Source of the DNA: a bacterium
GTDB taxonomy: Bacteria; UBA8248
Direction: 5' to 3'
Length of the DNA stretch: 64,000 nt
NCBI GenBank assembly: GCA_965203325.1
Contig: OZ241875.1
Coordinates: 64,001 to 128,000 of the forward strand
The notes below the pieces were generated by a model. It saw nothing but the letters and a program-made list of their open reading frames with translations, searched no databases and was not told the DNA's origin. Below are positions 42,021 to 52,421 of this stretch, one piece after another. A program made the position numbers and the translations under genes. Position 1 is the stretch's first letter; each line of letters opens with the position of its first letter.

Positions 42021-42302
42021 ATGACCGAAAGTAAATGCCCTGAGGACGGGGCTGAAACGTCCGGCGCCGACGCCTGCCCCGAATGCGACGAAGCGCCGGT
42101 GGAAAAGCCCGCAGACGAGCGGTCCCTGAACGTCATCGACGCCAAGGCGATCGTCGTGAAAGTCATGTGGGGCACGGGCGCGTTGATGCTCTGCGGCGGC
42201 CTGGGCGCGCTCTCCATCGGCGCTGCGAAACCCGCCGTCGGCCTACTGGGCCTGGGCGGCCTCCTCTTCGCCGGTTCCTACGCGGTGGATTGGTGGACTT
42301 GA
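42021..42302 (+). CDS. Small hypothetical membrane protein (N-terminal CPEC, two TMs)
   Basis: AGAAGGA RBS, GC3-rich codons, two hydrophobic segments. Confidence 0.6.
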   Translation: MTESKCPEDGAETSGADACPECDEAPVEKPADERSLNVIDAKAIVVKVMWGTGALMLCGGLGALSIGAAKPAVGLLGLGGLLFAGSYAVDWWT

Positions 42303-42445
42303 GGGTTTGGATTTCAGACTGCTACCTGAAGATTTGGGATTGAATCGCAACTATTCGGATATTCCCTTCGAGTTGTTGCAGACCGAGGAGATAGGAAATT
42401 CACTCCCCCCTTGAGGTGTGTTGGCCGACCCTTGAGATTACTAAC

Positions 42446-42522
42446 CGTCATTCCGGCAAAAGCCGGAATGACGTGCAAAACCGCACCGCCTCTTGTAGGG
42501 ACAGGTCGCGACCTGTCCCTAC
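42446..42522. repeat. CGTCATTCC-type palindrome (42446-42473) and GTAG REP palindrome (42495-42522)
   Basis: CGTCATTCCGGC-AAAA-GCCGGAATGACG; GTAGGGACAGGTCGCGACCTGTCCCTAC. Confidence 0.85.
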
Positions 42523-42645
42523 GGACTGGAATTCTCCCCGGTGGGGAACGATCTTGGTAGAGGACTTATGCCGAGCTTACAACAAACCCGCCCTGCAGCG
42601 GCATCAACTCCGTCCATGACGCGGCAAACGGACAGCTTTTCGGTT

Positions 42646-42722
42646 TGGTACCCCCGGCAGGATTCGAACCTGCGGCCTACGGATTAGGAATCCGGCGCTC
42701 TATCCTGCTGAGCTACGGGGGC
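42646..42722 (-). tRNA. tRNA-Arg(CCT)
   Basis: 77-nt cloverleaf GCCCCCG...CGGGGGTACCA, anticodon loop TTCCTAA. Confidence 0.95.
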
Positions 42723-42725
42723 GTT

Positions 42726-43253
42726 TCAATCGTATGTTATCAAAGAGCGCACGGCGTGTGGAGCGAGGCGCTCGCGCCCGTTCAGGAACGCGAGTTCGAT
42801 GAGGAAAGAAAAGCCGTGGATGCTCCCGCCTAGGGATTCCACGAGCGAGATGCAGGCGGAGGCGGTGCCGCCGGTGGCGAGCACGTCGTCGGCGATGAGC
42901 ACCTTTGCGCCGGGTGCGACGGCGTCCTTGTGGATTTCGAGCGTGTCCGTGCCGTATTCGAGGTCGTAAGTCGCCTGGGTCTTCTCCCAGGGGAGTTTCC
43001 CCGCTTTTCTCACCAGCGCGAAGCCCGCGCCGAGCTTATAGGCGATGGGCGCGCCGATGATGAAGCCGCGCGCCTCGACGCCCAGGACGACGTCGATGCC
43101 CTCGCCCACCAAAGGCTCCGCCGCCAGGTCCACCGCCTTTTGAAAGGCCTCGGCGTTCTGGAACATCGGCGTGATGTCCTTGAACAGGATTCCTTCTTTG
43201 GGGAAATCGGGCACGTCGCGAATGTGCGCCAGAAGCTGGCTGATGTCCGACAT
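42726..43253 (-). CDS. apt: Adenine phosphoribosyltransferase
   Basis: [39 protein letters not shown]. Confidence 0.97.
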   Translation of the reverse strand: MSDISQLLAHIRDVPDFPKEGILFKDITPMFQNAEAFQKAVDLAAEPLVGEGIDVVLGVEARGFIIGAPIAYKLGAGFALVRKAGKLPWEKTQATYDLEYGTDTLEIHKDAVAPGAKVLIADDVLATGGTASACISLVESLGGSIHGFSFLIELAFLNGRERLAPHAVRSLITYD

Positions 43254-43424
43254 GAAAGCTACCTCTCGTGGGTGATGAAGTTTCGGCCTCGTATGGCGTT
43301 CATCTGTTCAAATAAAAATCTAGATAGCATTCTCTTCGGGGCGTGTCATCACGGCGTGCGCATAAAATTTCTCTCAAGCGGATGAGCGGACTGTCGCCGA
43401 GCCGCCACCTGTCCGCAACCGGCC

Positions 43425-44324
43425 CTACGGCAGGTAGGACAACGGGTTCTTAGGCCGCGTGCGATGGCGGATCTCGAAATGAAGGCGCGCGGTCTTGAAG
43501 CGCGGCGTGCGGCCCGCGCGGGCGATGGGCGTACCGCGCGAGACGTTCTGCCCCTTGCGCACGAGGTTCTCGGCGACGTTGGCGTAGATGGAGTGATACT
43601 CGCCCCCGTGGTGTCGCAGGATGATGAGGCGCCCCAGGTTGCCGGGGCCGATATCGGAAAAAATGACGCGGCCGGGAGCAGCGGCGCGGATCTGGGCGCG
43701 CTCGCGGGCGGCGATGAGGATGCCGTCCGTCTTGTGGCGGCCGCTCCTCTTGAAGCGGCGGATCAGGCGTCCATGCAGGGGCCAGGAGAACCGGGGCCTC
43801 TTGCCGTACGATTTGCGGTGCGTCGTCCTCCGATTCTCCGGGCGGCGCGTTCGAACCGTGTTCTTCGACTTCCCGGATGACTTCCGAATCGGTTTCGCAT
43901 ACGCCTTTCGGCGCGGCGGCGATTTGGGGGGCCGAGGCGCCGCCCAGCGCGGGCGGCGTTCGGGCGGTTTGGCGCTGACGTTCTTCCGTATGAGGCGCGT
44001 CGTTCTGGCGCCCGGGATGAAGAGCCGCTGGCCGATTTCCAGGCGGTCGGGATTGTCGATGCCGTTCAGGACGGCGATCTGCTCGACCTCCACCCCGTAG
44101 GCGCGCCCGATGCGCCAGAGGTTCTCGCCGCGCTTTACGGTGTGGCGGATGCCCCCAGTCTCGCGGCTGCTCTTCGGCGGCGTCGGCAAGGGCGGTGCGA
44201 CGAGCGCGCAGCCGGTGAGCAGACAGAGAAACACGACACAGCCCCTGCGCCGCATCGCGCGCCATCTCCGGGACCCTGATGCGGGCGAAACCTTTGATAT
44301 GGGCAGATCCATGTCGTCCCTCAT
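43425..44324 (-). CDS. nlpD: LysM + degenerate M23 lipoprotein, NlpD-like (start may be 44255)
   Basis: Lipobox LLTGC, HTVKRGENLWRI LysM, WPLHG, LHFEIR; Zn ligands absent. Confidence 0.8.
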   Translation of the reverse strand: MRDDMDLPISKVSPASGSRRWRAMRRRGCVVFLCLLTGCALVAPPLPTPPKSSRETGGIRHTVKRGENLWRIGRAYGVEVEQIAVLNGIDNPDRLEIGQRLFIPGARTTRLIRKNVSAKPPERRPRWAAPRPPKSPPRRKAYAKPIRKSSGKSKNTVRTRRPENRRTTHRKSYGKRPRFSWPLHGRLIRRFKRSGRHKTDGILIAARERAQIRAAAPGRVIFSDIGPGNLGRLIILRHHGGEYHSIYANVAENLVRKGQNVSRGTPIARAGRTPRFKTARLHFEIRHRTRPKNPLSYLP

Positions 44325-44770
44325 GAAGATTCGAGCGCCATCCGCACGGCCTCGCGCGCGCCGGATGCCGGGACGACTCCCGCAGGGCTTGCGTCGCGTC
44401 CCAGGGAGACGACCCGCTTGCCCAGCTTGAGTCCGATGGCGATCTCGGAGAGGGTACCGTGCGCGCCCGACATGGCGATGAGCGCGTGGGCCGTCGCCGC
44501 GATGATGACGTTCCGGGCGTGGCCCATGCCCGTGGCGACGGGAATGTCGATGAACGGGTTGGCGGATTTCGCATCATAGGTGGGCAGGACGCCCACCGTG
44601 AGGCCGCCCGCCTCTTTCGCTCCCTTTGCTGCGGCCTGCATGACGCCGCCCAGACCGCCGCACACGAGCACGGCCCCCGCGCGCGCGATCTCGGCGCCCG
44701 CCTCTTCTGCCAGAGCGGCCGTTTGCGGGTCCGGATCGGAATCGCCGATGACGCCGATGATGGTTTGCAT
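44321..44770 (-). CDS. TIGR00725/LOG-like Rossmann-fold protein
   Basis: IGVIG, CGGLGGVM.AAAKGA, TGMGHARN, GTLSEI. Confidence 0.88.
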   Translation of the reverse strand: MQTIIGVIGDSDPDPQTAALAEEAGAEIARAGAVLVCGGLGGVMQAAAKGAKEAGGLTVGVLPTYDAKSANPFIDIPVATGMGHARNVIIAATAHALIAMSGAHGTLSEIAIGLKLGKRVVSLGRDASPAGVVPASGAREAVRMALESS

Positions 44771-44925
44771 CAGAAAATCCCGGGGCGGAATTTATACTTC
44801 CTGATTTTATCGGGCGCGCGGCTCTCGTCAAGTCGCGATGGAAGCCTTCGTCATCGAAGCTCCTGTTTCAGGGAGCGTCGCCTCGCTGCTGCGCCCTGCT
44901 CTCCCGCCGTTCCAGCGCCTGCAAC

Positions 44926-46113
44926 TTATCCCCCCTCGGGGACGATCACCCTCTTGTTGTGATCCGCCGGAAGGCCGTTATTCAGCGAGTCCAGCATCCA
45001 GTCGGCGATGGCGGGGTACATGTCCGCCGCGACCTCGCCCATGGGATGGAAGACGCCCTCATAGAGCCAGAGCTCGCGCGGGCACGTCAAGTGATCGAAG
45101 AACACGTCGATGTCGTCCGGCGTGCAGAGCTCGTCCATGTCGCCCGCCACGAGCAGGTAGTTCGACTTCATCTTCCCCACCAGGGGCAGCCAGATGCTGT
45201 CGCGCTCCTCGACGAACTCGTCGAACGCATCCTCATCGAGAATGTTCGTCATGTACATGTAGATGCGCTTGAAGTTTGGCTGTGCCTGGTCGAAGATGAT
45301 GTCCGAAGGCCCCACGTTCGCCATCTGCCCGACGACGGTGTTCACGCGCTCGTCCTGAGCGGCGATCTCCACCGTCCAGCGGCTGCCCATGCTCATGCCC
45401 ATGATGCCGATTTTCGACGAATCCACCTCATCGCGTTCGGTGAGCCAGTCGATGACCTTGCTCCCCGCGCGTGCGTAGTTGTGGTGGTCCACCCACACCC
45501 CGTTGATGTTGCACTCACCCTGCCCCGGCCCGTCCATGATGGCGAAGTTCATGCCGCGCGCGTGGAACCAGTTGTTGTAGGGCAGAAGGCCGTCTTCCTT
45601 GATCATGTCCATCCCGGGGATGAGAAGCACGGTCGGCTTGGGCTCGCCACCCTCCTGGGGCCAGTAATAGAAATACGCGTTCTTGCCGGGCTCGAACTCC
45701 ACCTGGTGTTTCTGGATGTCGCCGCCCCTCATCTCGCGCATCTTGTCGAAACAGCGCGAGACACCCGCGTAGTATTCCTTCTTGCGGGGATGGCCGTCCA
45801 CGGGGATGAGGTGCTGGCCGCGACCGTAGCAAAGGCCCGCACGGTTGTAGTGCATGGCGGCGGTCACGCGGTTGCCCGCCTCCTCGGCCGCTTTCGCCTT
45901 TTTCTCCTGAAGAGCAGCCTGCTTGCCCCACAGGAGCGGGATGGAGCGTCTCCCGGAAACTTTCGAGTAGACCGCCTCGAGATCCTGGTGTCTGAAACCC
46001 CGCTCATAGCGCGTGCCCATGATGCCGGGGTGGAGGACGTCCTCGTTGTCGGAAAGCTTGAGGAAATTATCGAAAATCCAGTTCTGATTCGCGCGCGATG
46101 CCTGTCGTCTCAT
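44926..46113 (-). CDS. Alpha/beta hydrolase (FrsA / 2,6-dihydroxypseudooxynicotine hydrolase-like)
   Basis: GMD..KE, DGPGQGE, GMSMG nucleophile elbow, Asp and His triad candidates. Confidence 0.8.
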   Translation of the reverse strand: MRRQASRANQNWIFDNFLKLSDNEDVLHPGIMGTRYERGFRHQDLEAVYSKVSGRRSIPLLWGKQAALQEKKAKAAEEAGNRVTAAMHYNRAGLCYGRGQHLIPVDGHPRKKEYYAGVSRCFDKMREMRGGDIQKHQVEFEPGKNAYFYYWPQEGGEPKPTVLLIPGMDMIKEDGLLPYNNWFHARGMNFAIMDGPGQGECNINGVWVDHHNYARAGSKVIDWLTERDEVDSSKIGIMGMSMGSRWTVEIAAQDERVNTVVGQMANVGPSDIIFDQAQPNFKRIYMYMTNILDEDAFDEFVEERDSIWLPLVGKMKSNYLLVAGDMDELCTPDDIDVFFDHLTCPRELWLYEGVFHPMGEVAADMYPAIADWMLDSLNNGLPADHNKRVIVPEGG

Positions 46114-46406
46114 GCCGCTACCTTCTCCTTTCGTATAGGTGATGGGGCGAGTTTTTCCCCGCCGCTTTCAAGCAGATATGACGCCGGATTCAGCGGGCTA
46201 TCTTCGGGCCAGTAGCCGTTTCAGGTCAACCGCTTCAGGCGGTTCCCGCCAAAGTGATTTTTATCCGCGATTGTATTTGCCGAATCCATTGATTTTGTGT
46301 AGATTCGGCGCTTTGTATTTCCAGAGTGGCGCCGGGAATCGACGCCCGGAGAGAGGCATCGCCTTTACTGCACATCTTTTTCTCGTTACGAAAGAGGGTT
46401 TTGGAA

Positions 46407-47711
46407 ATGACAGTGGAAACAGAGTTGGAACTCAACAACAACGAAACAATCGTCCTGCACGCCGGATACCGCAATGACTCCGCCACGAACGCCGTGGCCG
46501 TACCGATCTATCAGACGTCCTCCTACCAGTTCGACAGCACGGAGCACGCGGCCAATCTTTTCGCGCTGAAGGAGCTCGGCAACATCTACACCCGAATCAT
46601 GAACCCCACCAACGACGTGCTCGAGAAACGGCTGGCGGCGCTTGAGGGCGGCGTCGGCGGCCTCGCCGTGTCCTCGGGCCAGTCGGCCTCGATGATGGCC
46701 GTGATGAACGTGGCGCGCGCAGGGGACAACATCGTGAGTTCGACGGACCTCTACGGCGGCACGTGGAACCTCTTCGCCAACCAGCTGGACGACATCGGCA
46801 TCGAGTGCCGTTTCGTGGATCCGGAAGACCCGGAGAATTTCGTCCGGGCGACGGACGAGAAGACGCGCGCCTACTACGCCGAGACGCTCCCCAACCCCAA
46901 GCTCCACGTTTTCCCGATCCGGGAAGTTTCGGATCTCGGTCGCGAATTGGGGATTCCCCTCATCATGGACAACACGGCGGCCCACGGTCTCTGCAAACCC
47001 TTCGAGCACGGCGCGGACGTCATCGCCTCCTCGTGCACGAAATACATCGGCGGGCACGGCAACTCCATCGGCGGCATCATCATCGATAGCGGAAACTTCG
47101 ACTGGGAGGCGCACCCCGAAAGGCAGCCCTACCTCAACCAGCCCGACCCGAGCTATCACGGCGCCGTGTGGGCCGAGGCCGTCAAGCCGCTCGGCCCCAT
47201 CGCCTACATCATCAAGGCGCGCGTCACGCTCCTGCGCGACTCCGGCCAGGCGATGAGCCCCTTCAACACCTTCCTCTTCCTGCAAGGCCTCGAAACCCTG
47301 CCCCTGCGGATGGAGCGTCACTGCGAAAACGCCGCCGCCGTGGCGGATTACCTGAATGCGCATCCCAAGGTGAACACCACGATTTTCCCCGGTCTCATGG
47401 ACGGAGAATTCCGCCGCCGCGCCGACACGTATCTCAAGGGCGGCTACGGCGGTTTGGTCGGAATCGACCTCACCGGCGGATACGAGGCGGGCCAGAACTT
47501 CATCAACGCGCTCAAGATGTTCTACCATGTGGCGAACATCGGCGATGCGAGGAGCCTCGCCATTCACCCGGCGAGCACCACGCACTCCCAGCTCAGCCCC
47601 GAGGAGCAGGAGCATACGGGCGTGACGCCGGGCTACGTGCGGCTTTCGATCGGCATCGAGCACATCGACGACATCATCGCCGATCTCGAACAGGCCCTGG
47701 ACGCCGCATAG
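46407..47711 (+). CDS. metY: O-acetylhomoserine aminocarboxypropyltransferase (copy 1)
   Basis: [43 protein letters not shown]. Confidence 0.93.
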   Translation: MTVETELELNNNETIVLHAGYRNDSATNAVAVPIYQTSSYQFDSTEHAANLFALKELGNIYTRIMNPTNDVLEKRLAALEGGVGGLAVSSGQSASMMAVMNVARAGDNIVSSTDLYGGTWNLFANQLDDIGIECRFVDPEDPENFVRATDEKTRAYYAETLPNPKLHVFPIREVSDLGRELGIPLIMDNTAAHGLCKPFEHGADVIASSCTKYIGGHGNSIGGIIIDSGNFDWEAHPERQPYLNQPDPSYHGAVWAEAVKPLGPIAYIIKARVTLLRDSGQAMSPFNTFLFLQGLETLPLRMERHCENAAAVADYLNAHPKVNTTIFPGLMDGEFRRRADTYLKGGYGGLVGIDLTGGYEAGQNFINALKMFYHVANIGDARSLAIHPASTTHSQLSPEEQEHTGVTPGYVRLSIGIEHIDDIIADLEQALDAA

Positions 47712-47730
47712 CGCATCGCACGGGAAAACG

Positions 47731-47767
47731 AAAAGGAGGCGCTCCTCTCGGGGCGCCTCCTTTTTTT
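47731..47767 (+). terminator. Rho-independent terminator of metY copy 1
   Basis: AAAAGGAGGCGCTCC-TCTC-GGGGCGCCTCCTTTTTTT. Confidence 0.9.
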
Positions 47768-47856
47768 GTACGGGGCACTTTCCCCCTGTGAGGAGGTTAT
47801 CACCTCCTGTCGAAGTGAAAGAATTCACTCTCTGCTTGGTCGGGGGAGAGCACCAC

Positions 47857-47883
47857 CGTCATTCCGGCGGAAGCCGGAATCCA
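47857..47883. repeat. CGTCATTCC-type palindromic repeat
   Basis: CGTCATTCCGGC-GGAA-GCCGGAATCCA. Confidence 0.8.
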
Positions 47884-48054
47884 ATATAAAGTGAATTATC
47901 AGATATTTTGCGCAACCCACGAAAATAATTGATGAAAACCATGACTTAAAGTGTTCCGTGAGGTATTTCCGGGGCTTGGTCATCCCCGAGGCAGGTTTGA
48001 ACGGGACAAGGCGCAACAAATCCCGGGAAGCTGTTGATGCCGCACAATATGAAA

Positions 48055-48131
<77 letters not shown>

Positions 48132-48165
48132 ACACAAGCCGCGAGACGGCGGGTTCGACGCCCGC

Positions 48166-48846
48166 CTATGGTTTCTCCCAGCCGTATTTTCCCACCAGCT
48201 TCACAAAAACGCAGTTCACCAACTCCTCGGGCGCGAGCATTCGGCCCGACTCCGAGACGCGGTATCTCACGAGGGTCTGCTTCTCCCCCTCGCCCAGCGG
48301 CATGACAATGCGCCCGCCTGACGCAATCTGCCGCTTCCAGGGATCCGGCACCTGCGGCGCCGACGCCGCGCTCACGATGACGTCGAAGGGCGCCTCTTCC
48401 GGCCAGCCGTAGGTGCCGTCCGCCGTCCAGAGCATATAATTCGTCAGGCCGAAAGAATCAAGCCGCTCCCGGGCTCTCACCGCCAGTTCAGGCACCCGCT
48501 CGATGGCGCGCACGGAACCCGCGAGCCTCCCCAAAAGCGCGGTAAGGTAACCCGAGCCCGCTCCGATCTCAAGCACCTTCTCCCCGCCTCTGAGCGCCAG
48601 GGCCTCGAGCGTGGCGGCCACCATATAGGGCTGTGAGATCGTCTGCCCGTGTCCGATGGGCAGCGCCTTGTCGGCGTAGGCGGTTTCCAGGAAGATATCG
48701 GGCGCGAAATGGTGCCTCGGCACCTCGCGCAAGGCCTCGATGACGCGGGCGTCCGTGATTCCGCGGGCGATGATTTGCCCCTCTACCATCTGCTCGCGCG
48801 CGCGCCGCCGACGGTCCTCCCGGTTGCCGTTTAATGAAAACGCCAA
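48166..48846 (-). CDS. pcm: Protein-L-isoaspartate O-methyltransferase
   Basis: [35 protein letters not shown]. Confidence 0.96.
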   Translation of the reverse strand: MAFSLNGNREDRRRRAREQMVEGQIIARGITDARVIEALREVPRHHFAPDIFLETAYADKALPIGHGQTISQPYMVAATLEALALRGGEKVLEIGAGSGYLTALLGRLAGSVRAIERVPELAVRARERLDSFGLTNYMLWTADGTYGWPEEAPFDVIVSAASAPQVPDPWKRQIASGGRIVMPLGEGEKQTLVRYRVSESGRMLAPEELVNCVFVKLVGKYGWEKP

Positions 48847-49586
48847 GATTCCAGCCCTTTCATCGCGTCGTAGTCCGTGAGATCGAGCCGCAGGGGCGTG
48901 ATGGAAACCTGGTGGTTCGAGATCGCCTCGAAGTCGGTATCGGGTTCATCCTCCCACCTGAGGCTGCCTCCCCCTATCCAGTAATATTCACGCCCGCGCG
49001 GGTCGATTTTCTCGACGATGGCCTCTTCGTAGATTCGCTTGCCCTGGCGGGTGATTCTCTCTCCCCGGCAATGTTGCGGAGGAACGTTCGGGACGTTGAT
49101 GTTCAGCAGAACGCCCGGCGCCAGTCCCCTGGATAATACTTCCCTCGCGCCGGCGCGCGCAACTTTTTGCGCCAAGTCGTAGATGAGCTTCTCGCCATCC
49201 TCGTGGGCGAGGGAGACTGCCACCGCCGGGAGCCCGAGCAACGTGGCCTCCATCGCGGCGGCCACGGTTCCCGAATAGGTGATGTCTTCTCCCAAGTTTC
49301 CACCCTTGTTGATGCCGGAGACGAGCATGTCGGGGCGCTCGTTCTTGAACAGGCCGTTCAGGGCGAGATTCACGCAGTCGGTGGGGGTGCCGTCCACGGC
49401 GAACCAGTTATGCGCCACCTCGTTGATGCGGAGGGGGCGATGCAGGCTCAGGGAATGTCCCGCCGCGCTCTGCTCCCTGTCCGGGGCCACGACGATCGAC
49501 TCCCCCAGCGGGGCGAGCGCCGCGTAGAGGGCGCGCAATCCTTCCGAGTCGATGCCGTCATCGTTGCAGAGAAGTATTCGGGCCAT
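48831..49586 (-). CDS. surE: 5'/3'-nucleotidase SurE
   Basis: ILLCNDDGI, DGTPTDCV, SGINKGGNLG, YSGTVAAAME. Confidence 0.97.
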   Translation of the reverse strand: MARILLCNDDGIDSEGLRALYAALAPLGESIVVAPDREQSAAGHSLSLHRPLRINEVAHNWFAVDGTPTDCVNLALNGLFKNERPDMLVSGINKGGNLGEDITYSGTVAAAMEATLLGLPAVAVSLAHEDGEKLIYDLAQKVARAGAREVLSRGLAPGVLLNINVPNVPPQHCRGERITRQGKRIYEEAIVEKIDPRGREYYWIGGGSLRWEDEPDTDFEAISNHQVSITPLRLDLTDYDAMKGLESWRFH

Positions 49587-49688
49587 GATCTTTTCACATA
49601 ACGTGCCGGGCGGGTGCATCGCAACGAGTAAGGATTATGGTGCAGCCGGAGCATGAGATCAACGCCGCCGGAGGTTTCGGCTATGGAG

Positions 49689-49996
49689 GGGGCGTTGAAA
49701 AATCCTTCCCGGGCGGGTTCGACTCCGGAACGACGGAGCAATGTCTTGTTCTCCGTAGGGGCCGTTCGCGAACGGCCCCTACAAGTTCGTTTCGATACGC
49801 GAAATGTGCGTAGGGGCGACCCCCTGTGGTCGCCCTGCCCCCGCGCACCTCCTGACGAAGGACAACCACAGGGGGTTGTCCCTACGGCGCGTGCTCATCC
49901 CCGCCGATACGCGGGAACCCTGGCGAAAGGTAAAAGGCGTAAAAATGGATTCCGTCAAACCCTCCTGCATCGGTCGGTTCCGAAACCGGAATGACG
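49689..49996. repeat. Repeat cluster: TIR-like end, GTAG REPs (49755-49782, 49810-49835, 49860-49885), GGAATGACG element (49949-49996)
   Basis: GTAGGGGCCGTTCGCGAACGGCCCCTAC perfect palindrome; GGACAACCAC..GGGTTGTCCCTAC shared with 40239. Confidence 0.85.
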
Positions 49997-50130
49997 GCGG
50001 TGGCCAATTCCGAGCGAGGATGATTATTTCAACGCCCTTCCGTTGGATGCTTTCCATTTGGGCCGCCGCTTGATTTAATGAATCTCAACGATTACAAAGC
50101 CGGAACCATGCCATTTTTCGAGGAGCGCAC

Positions 50131-51450
50131 ATGAACGAGGAATCCCGGCCCGAGGAAACGGCCCCGAGAACATTTCACTTCGAAACCAATGCCCTCCATG
50201 CGGGCGCGCGGCCCGACCCCGCCACCGGCGCCAGAGCCGTGCCGATCTACCAATCCACGGGTTTTGTTTTCGACGACGACGAACATGCCGCGGGCCTTTT
50301 CGCCCTGCAGGATTACGGATACGTCTACACGCGCATCGGAAACCCCACCACGAGCGTATTCGAGGAGCGCATCGCCGCGCTGGAGGGAGGCGTCGGCGGG
50401 CTGGCGACGGCCTCGGGTCAGGCCGCCCAGTTCGTCGCGCTGTTCACGCTGACGAACCCGGGGGATGAAATCGTTTCCTCCGCCGCCCTCTACGGGGGCA
50501 CCTACACGCAGTTCGACATCACGCTCAGGAAACTCGGCATCCACACGACATTCGTCGACCCGACGCGACCGGAGGATTTTCAGGCCGCCGTGACGGAGAA
50601 GACGCGCGTGATCTACTGCGAGACGATAGGGAATCCGGCCACCAACATCGCCGATCTGGAAGCCCTCGCGAAAATTGCGGAAGATGCGGGCGTTCCCCTC
50701 GTCGTGGACAACACCTTCGCCACCCCCTACCTCTGCCGCCCCATCGAATGGGGGGCGGACATCGTTTTGCATTCGGCCACGAAATTCATCGACGGGCACG
50801 GCACGAGCATCGGCGGCGTCATGGTGGATTCGGGGCGCTTCGACTGGGCGAACGGGAAGTTTCCCGGCATGGTCGACCCCTCGCCGGGCTATCATGGGCT
50901 GCGGTTTTTCGAAACCTTCGGCGAACTGGGTTTCCTCATGAAGGCGCGCGCGGAGAGCCTGCGCGACATCGGGTCGTGCCTGGGCCCGTTCAACGGTTTC
51001 CTGTTCGCCCAGGGTCTGGAGACCCTGCCCCTGCGGATGGAGCGTCACTGCGCGAACGCGCAGAAGGTGGCCGAGTTCCTCGCACAGGATTCGCGCGTCA
51101 GTTTCGTGAGCTATCCCGGATTGCCGGACAGCCCCGAATACGAAAGAGCGCAAAAGTATCTGCCGAACGGACAGGGTGCCGTTTTTTCCTTCGGCGTCCG
51201 GGGCGGATTCGACCCGGCCGTTCGCTTCATCAACGCCCTTCAGCTGCACAGCCATCTGGCGAACGTCGGCGACGCCAAAAGCCTCATCATCCACCCGGCT
51301 TCGACGACGCACGCCCAGTTGAGCGAGGAGGACTTGAAGGCAGGAAACATCACGCCCGACCTCATCCGGATTTCGGTGGGTCTCGAACATATCGACGACA
51401 TTATCTGGGACCTCGACCAGGCCCTCGATGAGGCGACGAAGAGCGCGTGA
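50131..51450 (+). CDS. metY: O-acetylhomoserine aminocarboxypropyltransferase (copy 2)
   Basis: [44 protein letters not shown]. Confidence 0.92.
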   Translation: MNEESRPEETAPRTFHFETNALHAGARPDPATGARAVPIYQSTGFVFDDDEHAAGLFALQDYGYVYTRIGNPTTSVFEERIAALEGGVGGLATASGQAAQFVALFTLTNPGDEIVSSAALYGGTYTQFDITLRKLGIHTTFVDPTRPEDFQAAVTEKTRVIYCETIGNPATNIADLEALAKIAEDAGVPLVVDNTFATPYLCRPIEWGADIVLHSATKFIDGHGTSIGGVMVDSGRFDWANGKFPGMVDPSPGYHGLRFFETFGELGFLMKARAESLRDIGSCLGPFNGFLFAQGLETLPLRMERHCANAQKVAEFLAQDSRVSFVSYPGLPDSPEYERAQKYLPNGQGAVFSFGVRGGFDPAVRFINALQLHSHLANVGDAKSLIIHPASTTHAQLSEEDLKAGNITPDLIRISVGLEHIDDIIWDLDQALDEATKSA

Positions 51451-51929
51451 TGAAATTTCCCGCATACCAAAACCCGCGCACGATTCGCCGCATCCTGCGG
51501 AATCACCGCCGCGTGGCGATGGTGGGGCTTTCGGCGAACGAATCGAGACCCAGCTATTTCGTGGGCTATTACCTCCAGAGAATGGGTTACGAAGTCATCC
51601 CGGTGAACCCGAGGTACGAGCGGATACTGGGCCGGAAATCCTACCCCGACGTCGCATCGATACCCAAGGCGCCCGACGTGGTGGACGTGTTTCGCAGGCC
51701 GGATGAAATATCGGGAGTGGTCGACGAGGCGATTGAGGTCGGCGCGAAATCGCTGTGGCTTCAATTCGAAGTGGTGAACGAGACCGAAGCCGCCCGCGCG
51801 CAGGCCGCGGGCCTTCTCGTCGTCATGGACAGGTGCATGAAGATCGAACATGGCCGCCTGAGGGGCGGTTTGCATACGGCCGGCATGAGGACCGGCGTCA
51901 TCACCAACCGCCGAGATCCGCTCATTTAG
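51450..51929 (+). CDS. CoA-binding protein (YccU-like)
   Basis: VAMVGLS...RPS, PVNP, DVVDVFR, WLQ, MDRCMKIEH; coupled to metY stop. Confidence 0.9.
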   Translation: MKFPAYQNPRTIRRILRNHRRVAMVGLSANESRPSYFVGYYLQRMGYEVIPVNPRYERILGRKSYPDVASIPKAPDVVDVFRRPDEISGVVDEAIEVGAKSLWLQFEVVNETEAARAQAAGLLVVMDRCMKIEHGRLRGGLHTAGMRTGVITNRRDPLI

Positions 51930-52303
51930 GGGTTGTTGAAAAGCCGGAGAGAGGAAATTTGTTTGTGTGTAGGGGTCGCATACATGCGACCCAAGCGGAC
52001 GAAGCAAAACCACGTCCGTTGGCCATTTTCCCGCCCGAATTGCGTCCAGCACCCAAGCGGGGGGACATAAGTTCGCGGGCCGCATATATGCGGCCCCTAC
52101 AAGAAACCAAACCTTCGCTTCGATTCGTCATTCCGGCAAACCCTTCCGCATTCGTCGGGCCTGAAACCGGAATGACGAACAAAACTTCATCCCCTCGTAG
52201 GGGCGGTTCGCGAACCGCCCCTACAATCCCATCGCGTCAGACCTCCCTCCCCAGCCAGATCCATCCACCGCACCACAACGTCGGGGCTTTCTCAACAACC
52301 CCT
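51928..52303. mobile_element. Composite MITE-like element with TIRs enclosing REP and CGTCATTCC palindromes
   Basis: AGGGGTTGTTGAAAAGCC...GGCTTTCTCAACAACCCCT; internal palindromes at 51969, 52077, 52126-52177, 52197-52224. Confidence 0.8.
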
Positions 52304-52421
52304 GGCCCGAACATCGGGATGTGGTTTCTTTTCCGTCAGTTAGCCAACTTGCAAAAGCCGGAAAAATCCTTTACAAAATTCTGAGAGGTCTGCCGCTAAG
52401 CCGTTTCTCCACGGGGATGAC

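Noticed and set aside
42645..42833. ORFs reading through tRNAs (also 47946-48137, 48034-48321 and the 53262 extension)
   Set aside because: Translations of tRNA sequence, not genes
49689..52303. Clustered ~28-bp palindromes as a CRISPR array
   Set aside because: Repeats not identical or regularly spaced, GTAG-tailed REP form, no cas genes
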